A stretch of DNA of 63,192 nucleotides, taken from a virus (lineage: Duplodnaviria; Caudoviricetes). Both the position numbers and the translations under genes were made by a program. The stretch is taken from positions 1 to 63,192 of the IMG/VR virus record IMGVR_UViG_3300044960_000525; one strand, given 5' to 3'. This document shows, in pieces, positions 45,917-54,660 of this stretch. Position 1 is the stretch's first letter; every line of letters begins with the position of its first letter. The notes under the pieces are model-generated. The model ran no database searches. It saw only the letters and a list, made by a program, of their open reading frames with translations, and was not told the DNA's origin.

Positions 45917-47548
45917 GTGTTCGACCCCAGGATGCTTGTTGGATCACGGCGTATTGAAATTCGACGGGGGTCTGTGAGTGAACAAACCTCCCGGTATCTC
46001 GACACCGGTAGTCTCTCTCTCGGCTATTGCCAAAAAACGAATGACGGGTATTGTGTTGTGCTCTTTACTCCCAAGGGCACGAGACCGGTGGTTGATTTGG
46101 GGCTTGTGACACACGAAATTGCGCATATTCGATATGGGTCGCTCGATCACCTAATGTTATTCAGGAACTATCAACGGCAGTGGGGAGAATTAGCCTCGGT
46201 ATTTTGCGCAATCTGGAATTACCTTGAAGATGTACGGGTCGAGTACCAATTCGTGCTCGATTTCCCTCATGCGTTCCCCTATATCGCCGCGTTTCGCGGT
46301 GTGATGCGTGACATGATTGTTCGCTGGAAAACCTGGAAAACGTCGTTGCCTTCAGACCCGGCTGAGCATGACGCGAGAAATCAACTCCAAAAAGCCTTGG
46401 ACGTTACACGCGATTTTGTTCAGTTTGGAACGTATCCGCCAGATTGGCGTTCTGAAGTGAACTTTCTCGCAGGGCGACTGACGCTGGTTGCGCGAAGTAC
46501 GTCGGCGAAAGATACGTTGAGACTCGCAAGCGAATATCTTGCATATGTGATTCTGCGCCGAAACATTCCTATCCCGAAAACGAATGTTCAAGTTGAACAA
46601 AAACTCAATCGCAAGCGGGCCAACGACATTGAGCGTATAGCGTCTCAAGAGTCACACGCGCAGGGAAGTCGTCGCGCATCAACAACGCGTTCCAAAAACA
46701 CCCACATTCAGCCGACAACTCCTTGGGGTGGGGCTCAAGGCCAGTGGGATAGACTTGTGAAGGGGTTTGCGCACCAACTCATGCACGGCGGTGGAGTAGG
46801 GGTCAGTGATTCCATGAAGATACTCGATGTGATCGAGACGAGCGGATTTGTGGCTCGCGTCGAATCTATGCGAAAGGATGAGATTCGCCGCTATACCGAA
46901 GCGTTCAAGCGCATCGAATCTCGAACAACCCATTATGCGCATGATGGGATCATTGCACTGGAACGACAACAGGATGCGTACACGCAATCCTTCCTCGGTC
47001 CCGATGACCAGGGAAAGGTGTACGCGCGAAAACGGCGAGTGCCCGCACAGTATGATGCGGCAGTGGTTATTGATGTGAGTGGGTCAATGGGAGCGTTGGC
47101 GGAACAAGCCATGAGCGATGCGGTCGTACTCGTGAAAGCGATGGATTCGCCTCATGTTCGATTGGGGATTTTTGGGGTCAACAACGACCTCCATGTCTAC
47201 AAACACTTTGACGAACGACTGGAGGCTGCACGCCTGTCCATAAGGAGCGAGGGACTCACGAACTTCCATCACTTCTTCACGAAATTCCCGACAATTGCGA
47301 CGTGGACCCATCCACGCCGCATGATTTTCATCATCAGCGACGGTAAATGGTCTTGGGGAAGGATTGTGCCTGACACTATCAAGAACAATCCGTTCTACCA
47401 GGACGTTGAGTGGTATGTCGTGTTCATGAATGAGTGGCGCATCCTTGAATATGGGGCGTTGGATAAAACAAAAGCCATGTTCAAGCAGGTGTTCTTCACG
47501 CTTCCGGATGCGGTGAGCGCCGCGACAGGAATGAGGGTTGCCCAATGA
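45917..47548 (+). CDS. VWA-domain protein with N-terminal HExxH region (CobT-like MoxR partner)
   Basis: THEIAH, NYLEDVRVE, MIDAS DVSGSM and ISDG motifs. Confidence 0.88.
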   Translation: MFDPRMLVGSRRIEIRRGSVSEQTSRYLDTGSLSLGYCQKTNDGYCVVLFTPKGTRPVVDLGLVTHEIAHIRYGSLDHLMLFRNYQRQWGELASVFCAIWNYLEDVRVEYQFVLDFPHAFPYIAAFRGVMRDMIVRWKTWKTSLPSDPAEHDARNQLQKALDVTRDFVQFGTYPPDWRSEVNFLAGRLTLVARSTSAKDTLRLASEYLAYVILRRNIPIPKTNVQVEQKLNRKRANDIERIASQESHAQGSRRASTTRSKNTHIQPTTPWGGAQGQWDRLVKGFAHQLMHGGGVGVSDSMKILDVIETSGFVARVESMRKDEIRRYTEAFKRIESRTTHYAHDGIIALERQQDAYTQSFLGPDDQGKVYARKRRVPAQYDAAVVIDVSGSMGALAEQAMSDAVVLVKAMDSPHVRLGIFGVNNDLHVYKHFDERLEAARLSIRSEGLTNFHHFFTKFPTIATWTHPRRMIFIISDGKWSWGRIVPDTIKNNPFYQDVEWYVVFMNEWRILEYGALDKTKAMFKQVFFTLPDAVSAATGMRVAQ

Positions 47549-47754
47549 CCAAACTGACAGATGTTCGAGTGCATGTTGTGCGAAGTGCGACCATCCCTAC
47601 CGGTCGCTATAAATCAACGCGAGTAGAATTTGGACTCGCGGGTATGTTGAGTGGAGTTGTGAGCGATACACAGGTTCGTCTCGCCTATAAACGTCTCAAA
47701 CGATTGGTTGAAGACGAACTTGTTCGAGAAAAGCGCCGGTTGCAGGAGGAATGA
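47545..47754 (+). CDS. Hypothetical protein
   Basis: ATGA overlap. Confidence 0.6.
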   Translation: MTKLTDVRVHVVRSATIPTGRYKSTRVEFGLAGMLSGVVSDTQVRLAYKRLKRLVEDELVREKRRLQEE

Positions 47755-48200
47755 CGATGACGCGACAGACGCAAACGATACACACGTTCAAGTGTCCTCA
47801 TGGGAGTGTGCGGTTTGTCCGCAGTTCACAAGGTTATTTCCGGTTCTTGCACCGCGATGGTCACCCATGTCCGGTGCTATCAACGTTTACTGCGACCTTG
47901 AAAGATGCGTATGCGCCTCAAGAGGAGAGAAAGCCTGCGCGACTCTCTGATGTCGTGTCCATTTTTGCGATGATGGGAGACCCGATGTCCAAACTGTTCG
48001 ATGACGCCAAGAAAATCCTGCATCGTCAGTTATCGTTGCGGGAATTCTTTGAAGGGGTGGAATCGCCTCCGACAGAGGAGAAACAGGTCGAGGATGCGAA
48101 CAAGGAAATTGAAGAACTCGCCCGATCCTTGACCGAGAACGTCGCACGATTGACGCATGTGAAGAAACTTGCACACGACCTTGAAAAGGGGCGACCATGA
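47751..48200 (+). CDS. Hypothetical protein
   Basis: AGGAGG RBS. Confidence 0.65.
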   Translation: MTMTRQTQTIHTFKCPHGSVRFVRSSQGYFRFLHRDGHPCPVLSTFTATLKDAYAPQEERKPARLSDVVSIFAMMGDPMSKLFDDAKKILHRQLSLREFFEGVESPPTEEKQVEDANKEIEELARSLTENVARLTHVKKLAHDLEKGRP

Positions 48201-48248
48201 CGAACGAACACCCCTCTGTCACCCAATAATTCACAAAAAGGAGTATGT

Positions 48249-48602
48249 ATGAGTGCGTCTCAGACCCGCTTGCACGTACTTGCCATCTACAAGGGAACGG
48301 GTGGACGTTGTTCAGAAGAGGAGAATGTTCTGACTCCACGATTTGAAGTTCCATCAGGACAGATTGCTAAAGCCATCAAAGCACAGGTGTATTGGCTGGA
48401 AAAACCCCTTGTAGTAAAAATTCGTGTTGAGCGGTCACACCATATTATTGGGCGAGCGACAGGGGTGCTTCGCGCGGTAAACGTCTACGCGGACCAGCGG
48501 TCGCTTTGGGTTTTTCAATGGTCAGCGCGAGAGGAACGGGCGGTGCGGTGGATTGCTCACACATTTAGGACCAACGTGGTCCTCTCGCTGAGGAAACTGT
48601 GA
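48249..48602 (+). CDS. Hypothetical protein
   Basis: AAGGAG RBS. Confidence 0.6.
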   Translation: MSASQTRLHVLAIYKGTGGRCSEEENVLTPRFEVPSGQIAKAIKAQVYWLEKPLVVKIRVERSHHIIGRATGVLRAVNVYADQRSLWVFQWSAREERAVRWIAHTFRTNVVLSLRKL

Positions 48603-48850
48603 TGGCGACACACGATCCTGATGATATTTTCTACGTTGTGGTGTCCTCCCATGATACGGAGGAATATGAACTCCCATTTGGCGTGTGCCAACGATGCGGT
48701 GATATTGTGGAAGTGCAAAATGGCGTTCCCGTTACAGCCACAGACGCACGAATCAGCGCGGTGTGCAATGCAGATGATCGAGATGTCCTCTACAAAGTCG
48801 CCGCTCGTATTCGGTCCATGATTCACAAGGCACTAGCGATGATGAATTGA
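48599..48850 (+). CDS. Hypothetical protein
   Basis: Overlap with upstream gene; CQRC motif. Confidence 0.55.
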   Translation: MMATHDPDDIFYVVVSSHDTEEYELPFGVCQRCGDIVEVQNGVPVTATDARISAVCNADDRDVLYKVAARIRSMIHKALAMMN

Positions 48851-48854
48851 GGGG

Positions 48855-49433
48855 GTGAGGGTTGTGCGCCGAGTACGACCGGGGCCTCGATTTACTCCGC
48901 TCTTGCAGACGACCCCTCGTCAGCGACAACGCGAAGTCATTATTGGAGCAACAATTGTTCTTCTGGCCGTGCTCGTGGGATTTGCGCTAGGGCTGTTTTG
49001 GGGGGGGTACGCATCGAGGAGGGGGGAAGAGACCCCATCGCGTCTAGAATCGCTCCTGGAGGCTCCCAGGGACCTTCCTGAGCCTTCTAGGAGCACGGTC
49101 CTGACCGTCACGCGCACCGCATACAATCCAGTTCCTGAACAGACGTGGGGCGATCCCTGTATCGGGGCTTCAGGGAAAAACCTGTGCGAGATGGCCAAGC
49201 AGGGGAAACGCATTATTGCAACAACCCCCGATCTATCGCTCCCCTTTGGCACACGTGTCCGTATCGAAGGACATATCTACGAAGTGTGGGATCGGATGCC
49301 GACTTCTCGGTATGATTTTCAACGAAAACGACGTGTTCCGCAAACGCAGGCTGTAGACATTTTTACGTTCGACTATGCTGAAGCGATGCGATTGGGACGA
49401 CGCCAGGTGCAGATGGAGGTCCTCGATGACTAA
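48855..49433 (+). CDS. Membrane-anchored 3D-domain (lytic transglycosylase-like) protein
   Basis: TM helix then TAYN, IIATTP..LPFGTRVRIEG.IYEVWDR and VDIF motifs. Confidence 0.8.
   Translation: MRVVRRVRPGPRFTPLLQTTPRQRQREVIIGATIVLLAVLVGFALGLFWGGYASRRGEETPSRLESLLEAPRDLPEPSRSTVLTVTRTAYNPVPEQTWGDPCIGASGKNLCEMAKQGKRIIATTPDLSLPFGTRVRIEGHIYEVWDRMPTSRYDFQRKRRVPQTQAVDIFTFDYAEAMRLGRRQVQMEVLDD
49047..49093 (+). repeat. Dispersed phased motif, copy F (inside CDS)
   Basis: GAATCGCTCCTGGAGGCTCCCAGGGACCTTCCTGAGCCTTCTAGGAG. Confidence 0.85.
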
Positions 49434-49671
49434 CGGATTGTTGACTCTTGGTGAGCGTGTTGATACTCCGTATGGGTCCGGAATTATTGTGGGGTTTGGG
49501 AGGGCTCGTGCGGGATGGGAGGGGGTATGGCAAGTCGACATCGTAGACCCAACGCTCGGTCCCGTTCGTGTTGTGGGCACGAAAGGTCCCTTTGTGGTTG
49601 TGCTCATCGAGGATCGAACCATCTCGGTGCTCTATGACGAAATCAATCCCCTGAGGAGGGATATTGAGTGA
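49426..49671 (+). CDS. Hypothetical protein
   Basis: GGAGG RBS. Confidence 0.55.
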   Translation: MTNGLLTLGERVDTPYGSGIIVGFGRARAGWEGVWQVDIVDPTLGPVRVVGTKGPFVVVLIEDRTISVLYDEINPLRRDIE

Positions 49672-50009
49672 GTCGCCTTGTGCGTATAGGAATTCTCGCG
49701 TGCGCGGTGTTTGTGGCTGTGGAACTTGGTCCACCAATTTGGAAGGGAAATATCCGAGATGGCTTGGTGGCGACTGGGGAGACGCCGTTGCACGATAAAT
49801 CCCACCCCCCAGATACGTCTCCCCCTTCAGATACGTCTCACCCCGAACGATCAACCGACGATGCGCCGTGGGGGTGGATGGTGATTCGGAAGACCGATCC
49901 GTTTCGACGCATGATTTATGGTCCGTTTTTGACCCCCGAGCCCGAATGTCGGGGGTATGAGCGACGATTTCCTGCGCTCTATGTGTGTGTGCCGCTCAAA
50001 GTGCTGTAA
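49668..50009 (+). CDS. Hypothetical secreted or membrane protein
   Basis: N-terminal hydrophobic segment. Confidence 0.55.
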   Translation: MSRLVRIGILACAVFVAVELGPPIWKGNIRDGLVATGETPLHDKSHPPDTSPPSDTSHPERSTDDAPWGWMVIRKTDPFRRMIYGPFLTPEPECRGYERRFPALYVCVPLKVL

Positions 50010-50022
50010 ACCACAAGGAGGG

Positions 50023-50232
50023 ATGAATCACATGATTGCATCTCCGCTTCTGTCACTGGGTGCGAGAATGGAACGGAAAGCGATTCGACGGTATCTGCAA
50101 CGGAAACTCAAGAAATACAATGACGAATCAGCCTATTCAGTATGTAAAGAGATGCTGCAGTGGGTGCTCACTCGTCAGAAGCGATACGATTCACGTCCAG
50201 GCGGATTGGGAAGATCACGTCGAAAGACATGA
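50023..50232 (+). CDS. Hypothetical basic protein
   Basis: AAGGAGG RBS. Confidence 0.55.
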   Translation: MNHMIASPLLSLGARMERKAIRRYLQRKLKKYNDESAYSVCKEMLQWVLTRQKRYDSRPGGLGRSRRKT

Positions 50233-50245
50233 GGAGATACACACC

Positions 50246-50617
50246 ATGACTGTGTGGACGATGCTTCGTGCGTGGGGTGCGCCGATAGTGTCTGTGGAGG
50301 AAGATGGGGATCGCTTTCTCGGGCTCACCCCCGATGCGATCCCCAGCCCAACGCTCAAGGCCGCGACCGAGCGGGTTGCGGCTGTCGCCAACTGGTATCC
50401 CGAAATCACCTCCCTGGTCGTTGGGCTGGTGCTCGACGGGGATGCGGATCGGTTGCGGGCGTGGAATCGCGCGATGTTGGAGCGCGTGGGGTATGAGACG
50501 GCTGAGGTCTCCGATCCCACAGCGCGGATGACATCTGCCAGGGCATATGCTGATAGGGTGATGGACGCGCTGGGGGGTCTCGCGTCTCTGATAGAGACCG
50601 AGGAGGGAGAACCATAA
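50246..50617 (+). CDS. Hypothetical protein, paralogue family I
   Basis: GDADRLRAWNR...ARAYADRV shared with 58764 and 59192. Confidence 0.7.
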   Translation: MTVWTMLRAWGAPIVSVEEDGDRFLGLTPDAIPSPTLKAATERVAAVANWYPEITSLVVGLVLDGDADRLRAWNRAMLERVGYETAEVSDPTARMTSARAYADRVMDALGGLASLIETEEGEP

Positions 50618-50642
50618 TGAGTCAGATGACACGGGGTGACAC

Positions 50643-51026
50643 ATGCTCTCCGCGGTGAGGCACGTCTCCCCATGGTTTGACCAAGAGCCGCCTGAGCGCC
50701 CCATTGTCGGCTTCGTGGCGTCGCTCGACATCTCCCCGTCATGGGAGTTGGACGCGATGGCCGTGTTCCGTGTGACAGGTCGCGGATACCTGGTCGTGCA
50801 TGTCCGCGGGTGTTCGTGCTGGCCGCTCTATGGGGACACGGTGCAGATGTATGCTCCGACAGTTGCCGAGGCTGAACGGACGATCCGTCGGCTGTGGGAT
50901 GGGGACGCGGACGCCAAGGCAGCGGCTGCGGAGTTAGTCCTGCGCTGTCAGCGTGCTCGGTGGCGTATCACGGGGTCGTCTGCTGAAAGCGGGGAGCGTC
51001 ATAATGAGCCAGATGACAAGGGGTGA
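50643..51026 (+). CDS. Hypothetical protein flanked by 29-bp direct repeats
   Basis: GCSCW motif; repeats at 50613 and 51000. Confidence 0.6.
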   Translation: MLSAVRHVSPWFDQEPPERPIVGFVASLDISPSWELDAMAVFRVTGRGYLVVHVRGCSCWPLYGDTVQMYAPTVAEAERTIRRLWDGDADAKAAAAELVLRCQRARWRITGSSAESGERHNEPDDKG

Positions 51027-51032
51027 CATGGC

Positions 51033-51239
51033 GTGGTGTCTCTCCGTCCGTTGGCTTGGTGTAACGTTTCGAAATGTGGTCAGCCAGCGGTTTGGGAAGT
51101 CTACAGTCCCCGTGGGATATTTCTGGGGACATATTGTGAGCGACATGCGCAGGATGAAGTACAGCGCGGGGTGTTGATCCGACAGCGGCGATTGCGTCAG
51201 AGGGTGTTGCGGGAGACGCACGGACGAGAGAGGAGATGA
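51033..51239 (+). CDS. Small zinc-binding protein, paralogue family II
   Basis: CNxxxC...LG.YC..HA shared with 53579. Confidence 0.6.
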   Translation: MVSLRPLAWCNVSKCGQPAVWEVYSPRGIFLGTYCERHAQDEVQRGVLIRQRRLRQRVLRETHGRERR

Positions 51240-51296
51240 CATCATGGGTTACGTACGGAGGGCGCGGGAGGGACGATGGCGCGATGGGCTCTGGTG

Positions 51297-51845
51297 ATGA
51301 GCGAGTCGGAGACATGGACGTATCTTGCGGAGGTGTGGGAGCGCACCGCTCGGGCACGGCGACGCAGAGTGGCCGGGCCGGAGCGTCGCATGTGGTATGG
51401 GCTCTGCGCGGGGGTAGATTATATTCGCGCGCAGCGGTGGATTTCCCGACGGATTTATCAGAATATGTTCGACACGTTGAACCGCGCGGTGGAGCGGTCG
51501 GGGCGCACGGACGGTTTTGCCTGGCCGTTGACGGTGGAGGGCGCGAGACAGCGAGCGCGGTTCTGTCGTCGGATGGCGAGAGCCACGGCGCAGGACACGA
51601 CGACGAGGACGCAGCGCACGTCTCGTCGGACGACGGGGACGGGGGTGCGTGATGGTCCGTGGTGGGCACGTGGGCACGGAGGGCTGGACGGATATTGTGA
51701 TGTCGGAGAAGACGGACGATTGGGTCAAGGCTTTCATGGCCAACCCGGACCCTTACGGGGCGGAGGTGATTGGCGGCGCCATTCTGGTGATGGCGCAACT
51801 GGCGGTTGGCAAAGACCCCGCTGCGGCGGCACAGGACGTGTTTGA
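51297..51845 (+). CDS. Hypothetical protein, paralogue family III
   Basis: MSESETWTYLAEVW...AWPLT..GA..RARFCR shared with 57690; C-terminal extension doubtful. Confidence 0.65.
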   Translation: MSESETWTYLAEVWERTARARRRRVAGPERRMWYGLCAGVDYIRAQRWISRRIYQNMFDTLNRAVERSGRTDGFAWPLTVEGARQRARFCRRMARATAQDTTTRTQRTSRRTTGTGVRDGPWWARGHGGLDGYCDVGEDGRLGQGFHGQPGPLRGGGDWRRHSGDGATGGWQRPRCGGTGRV

Positions 51846-52071
51846 TGACCTGAGTGTGTTCCAGATGTGCTTAGTGGCTGAAATGGTCAGCGCGCTCAGC
51901 CCGCGAGGAGAGGAGTTCCGGAGGTGGTGGAACTTCCACGTGCCCAAGACAGCGGTTGAGGAGTCCCGGCTGCTGCGGGACACCTACGTGAAGGCGTTGG
52001 TGCTCGCGCTGGTCATCAGCATGATTGCTGGGCTGTACGTGCTGATGTGCGGCTACGCAGGCGGCCCCTGA
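51699..52071 (+). CDS. Hypothetical membrane protein
   Basis: C-terminal TM helix; start uncertain. Confidence 0.55.
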
Positions 52072-52320
52072 CCGCCCGAATCGTAGAGGCTCCTGCTACA
52101 ACGGCGGGATGGGTTGGTTGGGGGCCGCCCGCTCGTGTAAGGGACGTTGAGGGAGGAACGGTTATGAAGCGCAAAACCGAGCAACAGTCTTTGTGGGGAG
52201 TGCGTCTCCTGTTCGAGACAGTGACGGTTGACATACCAGGAGAACGGCAGATCAAGGTGCCCATGACGAGTCCACAGGGGGGCTTGGCCGGGGTGATTCT
52301 GGAGCGAAAGGAGACGGGAG

Positions 52321-53160
52321 ATGACCGACAGTGTGCAGACCGCTGACGTGCGTCAGGACGGCGATGTGCTCCATCGCTTGCGACGCGATCTCCGTCGAGC
52401 GATGGTGACGCTCTCACCGCAAGAGGTGCGGTACCTGGTTGACGCCTACTACACGATGCAGAAACAGCGCATCCGTGCGGGGAACCAGGCCACCGCGATG
52501 CGCAAGGTGGGAGAGCCCAATGAGGCGGTCACCTGGTACATGGAGGAGTCGGAGCGCCTGGAGGAGGAGGTGTACGGGGTTCTCCGGGCGTACGCTCAAG
52601 GGCACCCTGTGGGGCAATGGTCGCTCTCCATCGTCGGTATTGGGCCTGTGATCTCTGCAGGACTGCTGGCGCACATTGACATCGAGCGCGCACCGACGGT
52701 CGGGCACATCTGGCGGTTTGCTGGGCTCGATCCCACGGTGACATGGGAGCGGGGCGCGAAGCGGCCCTTCAACCGACGGCTCAAAGTGATTTGCTGGCAC
52801 ATCGGCGAGTCATTCAAGCGCACCAGCGGTCATGCGCGATCGTTCTACGGTCCGCTCTACCGGGCACGCAAGGCCCTGGAGGAGCAGCGGAACGCGGAGG
52901 GGCTCTACGCCGAGCAGGCTGCGCGCACGCTGCGGGAGCGACCCACCCACGCGCAGCGGGATATCTACGCGGAGGGGCGTCTGCCGCAGGGTCGTCTCGA
53001 CTTGCGGGCGACGCGATGGGTGACGAAACTCTTTCTAGCGCACTGGCACCACGTCGCCTACGTGGTGCGCTATGGGACCGCGCCGCCGAAGCCCTACGTC
53101 ATCAGCGTGATGGGCCACGGGGACTACATCGCGCCGCCCAATTGGCCGATGCCAGAGTAG
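52321..53160 (+). CDS. tasA: TIGR-associated Nop-domain protein without nuclease domain (TasA-like)
   Basis: Coiled-coil (YLVDAYYTMQKQRIR) plus IS110/Nop-type SIVGIGPVISAGLL...IWRFAGLDP and KLFLAHW; no RuvC or HNH; directly followed by a 36-nt dual-repeat array. Confidence 0.85.
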   Translation: MTDSVQTADVRQDGDVLHRLRRDLRRAMVTLSPQEVRYLVDAYYTMQKQRIRAGNQATAMRKVGEPNEAVTWYMEESERLEEEVYGVLRAYAQGHPVGQWSLSIVGIGPVISAGLLAHIDIERAPTVGHIWRFAGLDPTVTWERGAKRPFNRRLKVICWHIGESFKRTSGHARSFYGPLYRARKALEEQRNAEGLYAEQAARTLRERPTHAQRDIYAEGRLPQGRLDLRATRWVTKLFLAHWHHVAYVVRYGTAPPKPYVISVMGHGDYIAPPNWPMPE

Positions 53161-53171
53161 GGGTGCAGAGT

Positions 53172-53548
53172 AGCCGCGGAGAGTACCGCGAGTTCGGAGC
53201 GAGCCGTGAGGAGCGAGAGTACCGTGGCTGCAGAGCGAGCCGAAGGCGAGGAGAGTACCGCCTGGTGCGAGCGAGCCGAGTCGGGAGAGAGTACCGTTGG
53301 CGGAGAGCGAGCCGTGGTCACCGAGAGTACCGTGGACAGGGAGCGAGCCGCGCGACAGGAGAGTACCGTGAAACCGGAGCGAGCCGAAAGTGCGGAGAGT
53401 ACCGTGGGCCCTGAGCGAGCCGGGGCTGTCGAGAGTGCCGTTGCTGGTGAGCGAGCCGCGAGGGACGAGAGTACCGTGGGAACCGAGCGAGCCGTCCTCT
53501 GGGAGAGTACCGCGTCGCGCGAGCGATCCGTAAGTAGCGAGAGTGAGG
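53172..53548 (+). ncRNA. TIGR (tandem interspaced guide RNA) array: 9 full 36-nt units plus degenerate end units
   Basis: Unit AGCCG-N9-AGAGTACCG-N9-AGCG; loop repeat recurs exactly every 36 nt from 53180 to 53540; all spacers differ. Confidence 0.9.
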
Positions 53549-53578
53549 GTTCGATTCGGAGTGGGGAGGGAAACAGCG

Positions 53579-53779
53579 ATGGCGTATCTGCGTACATTGC
53601 CTGTGTGCAATGAGTCGGGGTGTACCCGATGGGCAACGCACTCTCTGTATGATGAGGGGGCCATTCGTTTGGGAGACTACTGCAGCCTGCACGCTCTGGC
53701 TGCGCTCCACCGATGGGTGAAGAGACATGATCGTGTTCGCAGTCACAGCACAGAGAAAGAACGGGGAAAGAAGTCATAA
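53579..53779 (+). CDS. Small zinc-binding protein, paralogue family II
   Basis: GGAGG RBS; CNESGC...LGDYCSLHA. Confidence 0.65.
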   Translation: MAYLRTLPVCNESGCTRWATHSLYDEGAIRLGDYCSLHALAALHRWVKRHDRVRSHSTEKERGKKS

Positions 53780-53790
53780 CCAAGTCCCTG

Positions 53791-54660
53791 ATGGAGGACG
53801 AAGTGACCGGGAGAATCTACCTGGCGGACAACCTGGAGGTTCTTCGAACACTACCGGCTGAGTCCGTGGACCTTGTCTATATTGATCCCCCATTCAACAC
53901 GGGCAAGGTCCAGCAGCGCACCCATCTGAAGACTGTGCGCTCGTCGAAAGGTGGCCGTGTCGGTTTCCAGGGTCGTCGTTACAAGAGTATCGTCGTGGGA
54001 ACGAGACGCTTTGCCGACCTCTTCGATGACTACTTGGCCTTCCTGGAGCCGCGCCTCACCGAGGCTCATCGAGTCCTGGCCCCTCACGGGTCCTTCTACT
54101 TCCACATTGATTACCGCGAGGTGCATTACTGCAAGGTCCTCCTCGACCACATCTTCGGGCGGGAGTGCTTTCTGAACGAGATCATCTGGGCCTATGACTA
54201 CGGTGGTCGGCCCAAGGACCGGTGGCCGCCGAAGCACGACAACATTCTCCTCTACGTGAAGAACCCGTCGAAGTATATCTTCAACGTGGACGCGATTGAG
54301 CGAATCCCGTATATGACGCCTGGTCTTGTGGGACCAGAAAAGGCGGCGCGGGGGAAACTCCCGACCGACACGTGGTGGCACACCATCGTGCCAACGAACA
54401 GTGTGGAGAAGACGGGGTATCCGACACAAAAACCGCTCGGGATTCTTCGACGTATTGTCATGGCTTCTTCACGACCAGGAGCATTAGTTCTGGACTTTTT
54501 TGCGGGGAGCGGAACCACTGGTGTTGCAGCGTTGGAATGTGGGCGGCACTTTCTTTTGGTGGACAATAATCCAGAGGCCCTTGAGGTCATGGCTAAGCGG
54601 TTCGACGGTGTGGACGGTATTGAGTGGGTCGGATTCAACCCCGTGGTCAAGCGGAGATAG
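53791..54660 (+). CDS. Amino DNA methyltransferase (N6A/N4C, beta class), orphan
   Basis: IDPPF motif IV precedes YPTQKP and LDFFAGSGTT motif I. Confidence 0.93.
   Translation: MEDEVTGRIYLADNLEVLRTLPAESVDLVYIDPPFNTGKVQQRTHLKTVRSSKGGRVGFQGRRYKSIVVGTRRFADLFDDYLAFLEPRLTEAHRVLAPHGSFYFHIDYREVHYCKVLLDHIFGRECFLNEIIWAYDYGGRPKDRWPPKHDNILLYVKNPSKYIFNVDAIERIPYMTPGLVGPEKAARGKLPTDTWWHTIVPTNSVEKTGYPTQKPLGILRRIVMASSRPGALVLDFFAGSGTTGVAALECGRHFLLVDNNPEALEVMAKRFDGVDGIEWVGFNPVVKRR

Noticed and set aside
52321-53160. IS110 transposase / insertion sequence
   Set aside because: It lacks the N-terminal DEDD RuvC domain and I see no IS ends; the adjacent dual-repeat array fits a Tas protein.
53172-53548. CRISPR array interpretation
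   Set aside because: There are two alternating 9-10 nt repeats with 8-9 nt spacers, far shorter than CRISPR units, and no cas operon. The Cas4-like gene is a solo replication-module nuclease about 10 kb away.
53545-53562. GGTTCGATTC T-loop-like motif suggesting a tRNA
   Set aside because: No T-stem, acceptor stem or cloverleaf; I found no tRNA in the window.
53206-53613. Track ORFs over the array (ESTV...ERA repeats on +; 53035..53664 and 53124..53783 on -)
   Set aside because: The 36-nt period keeps frames open. The constant blocks are nearly invariant at the DNA level including wobble positions, which fits an RNA array rather than a protein.
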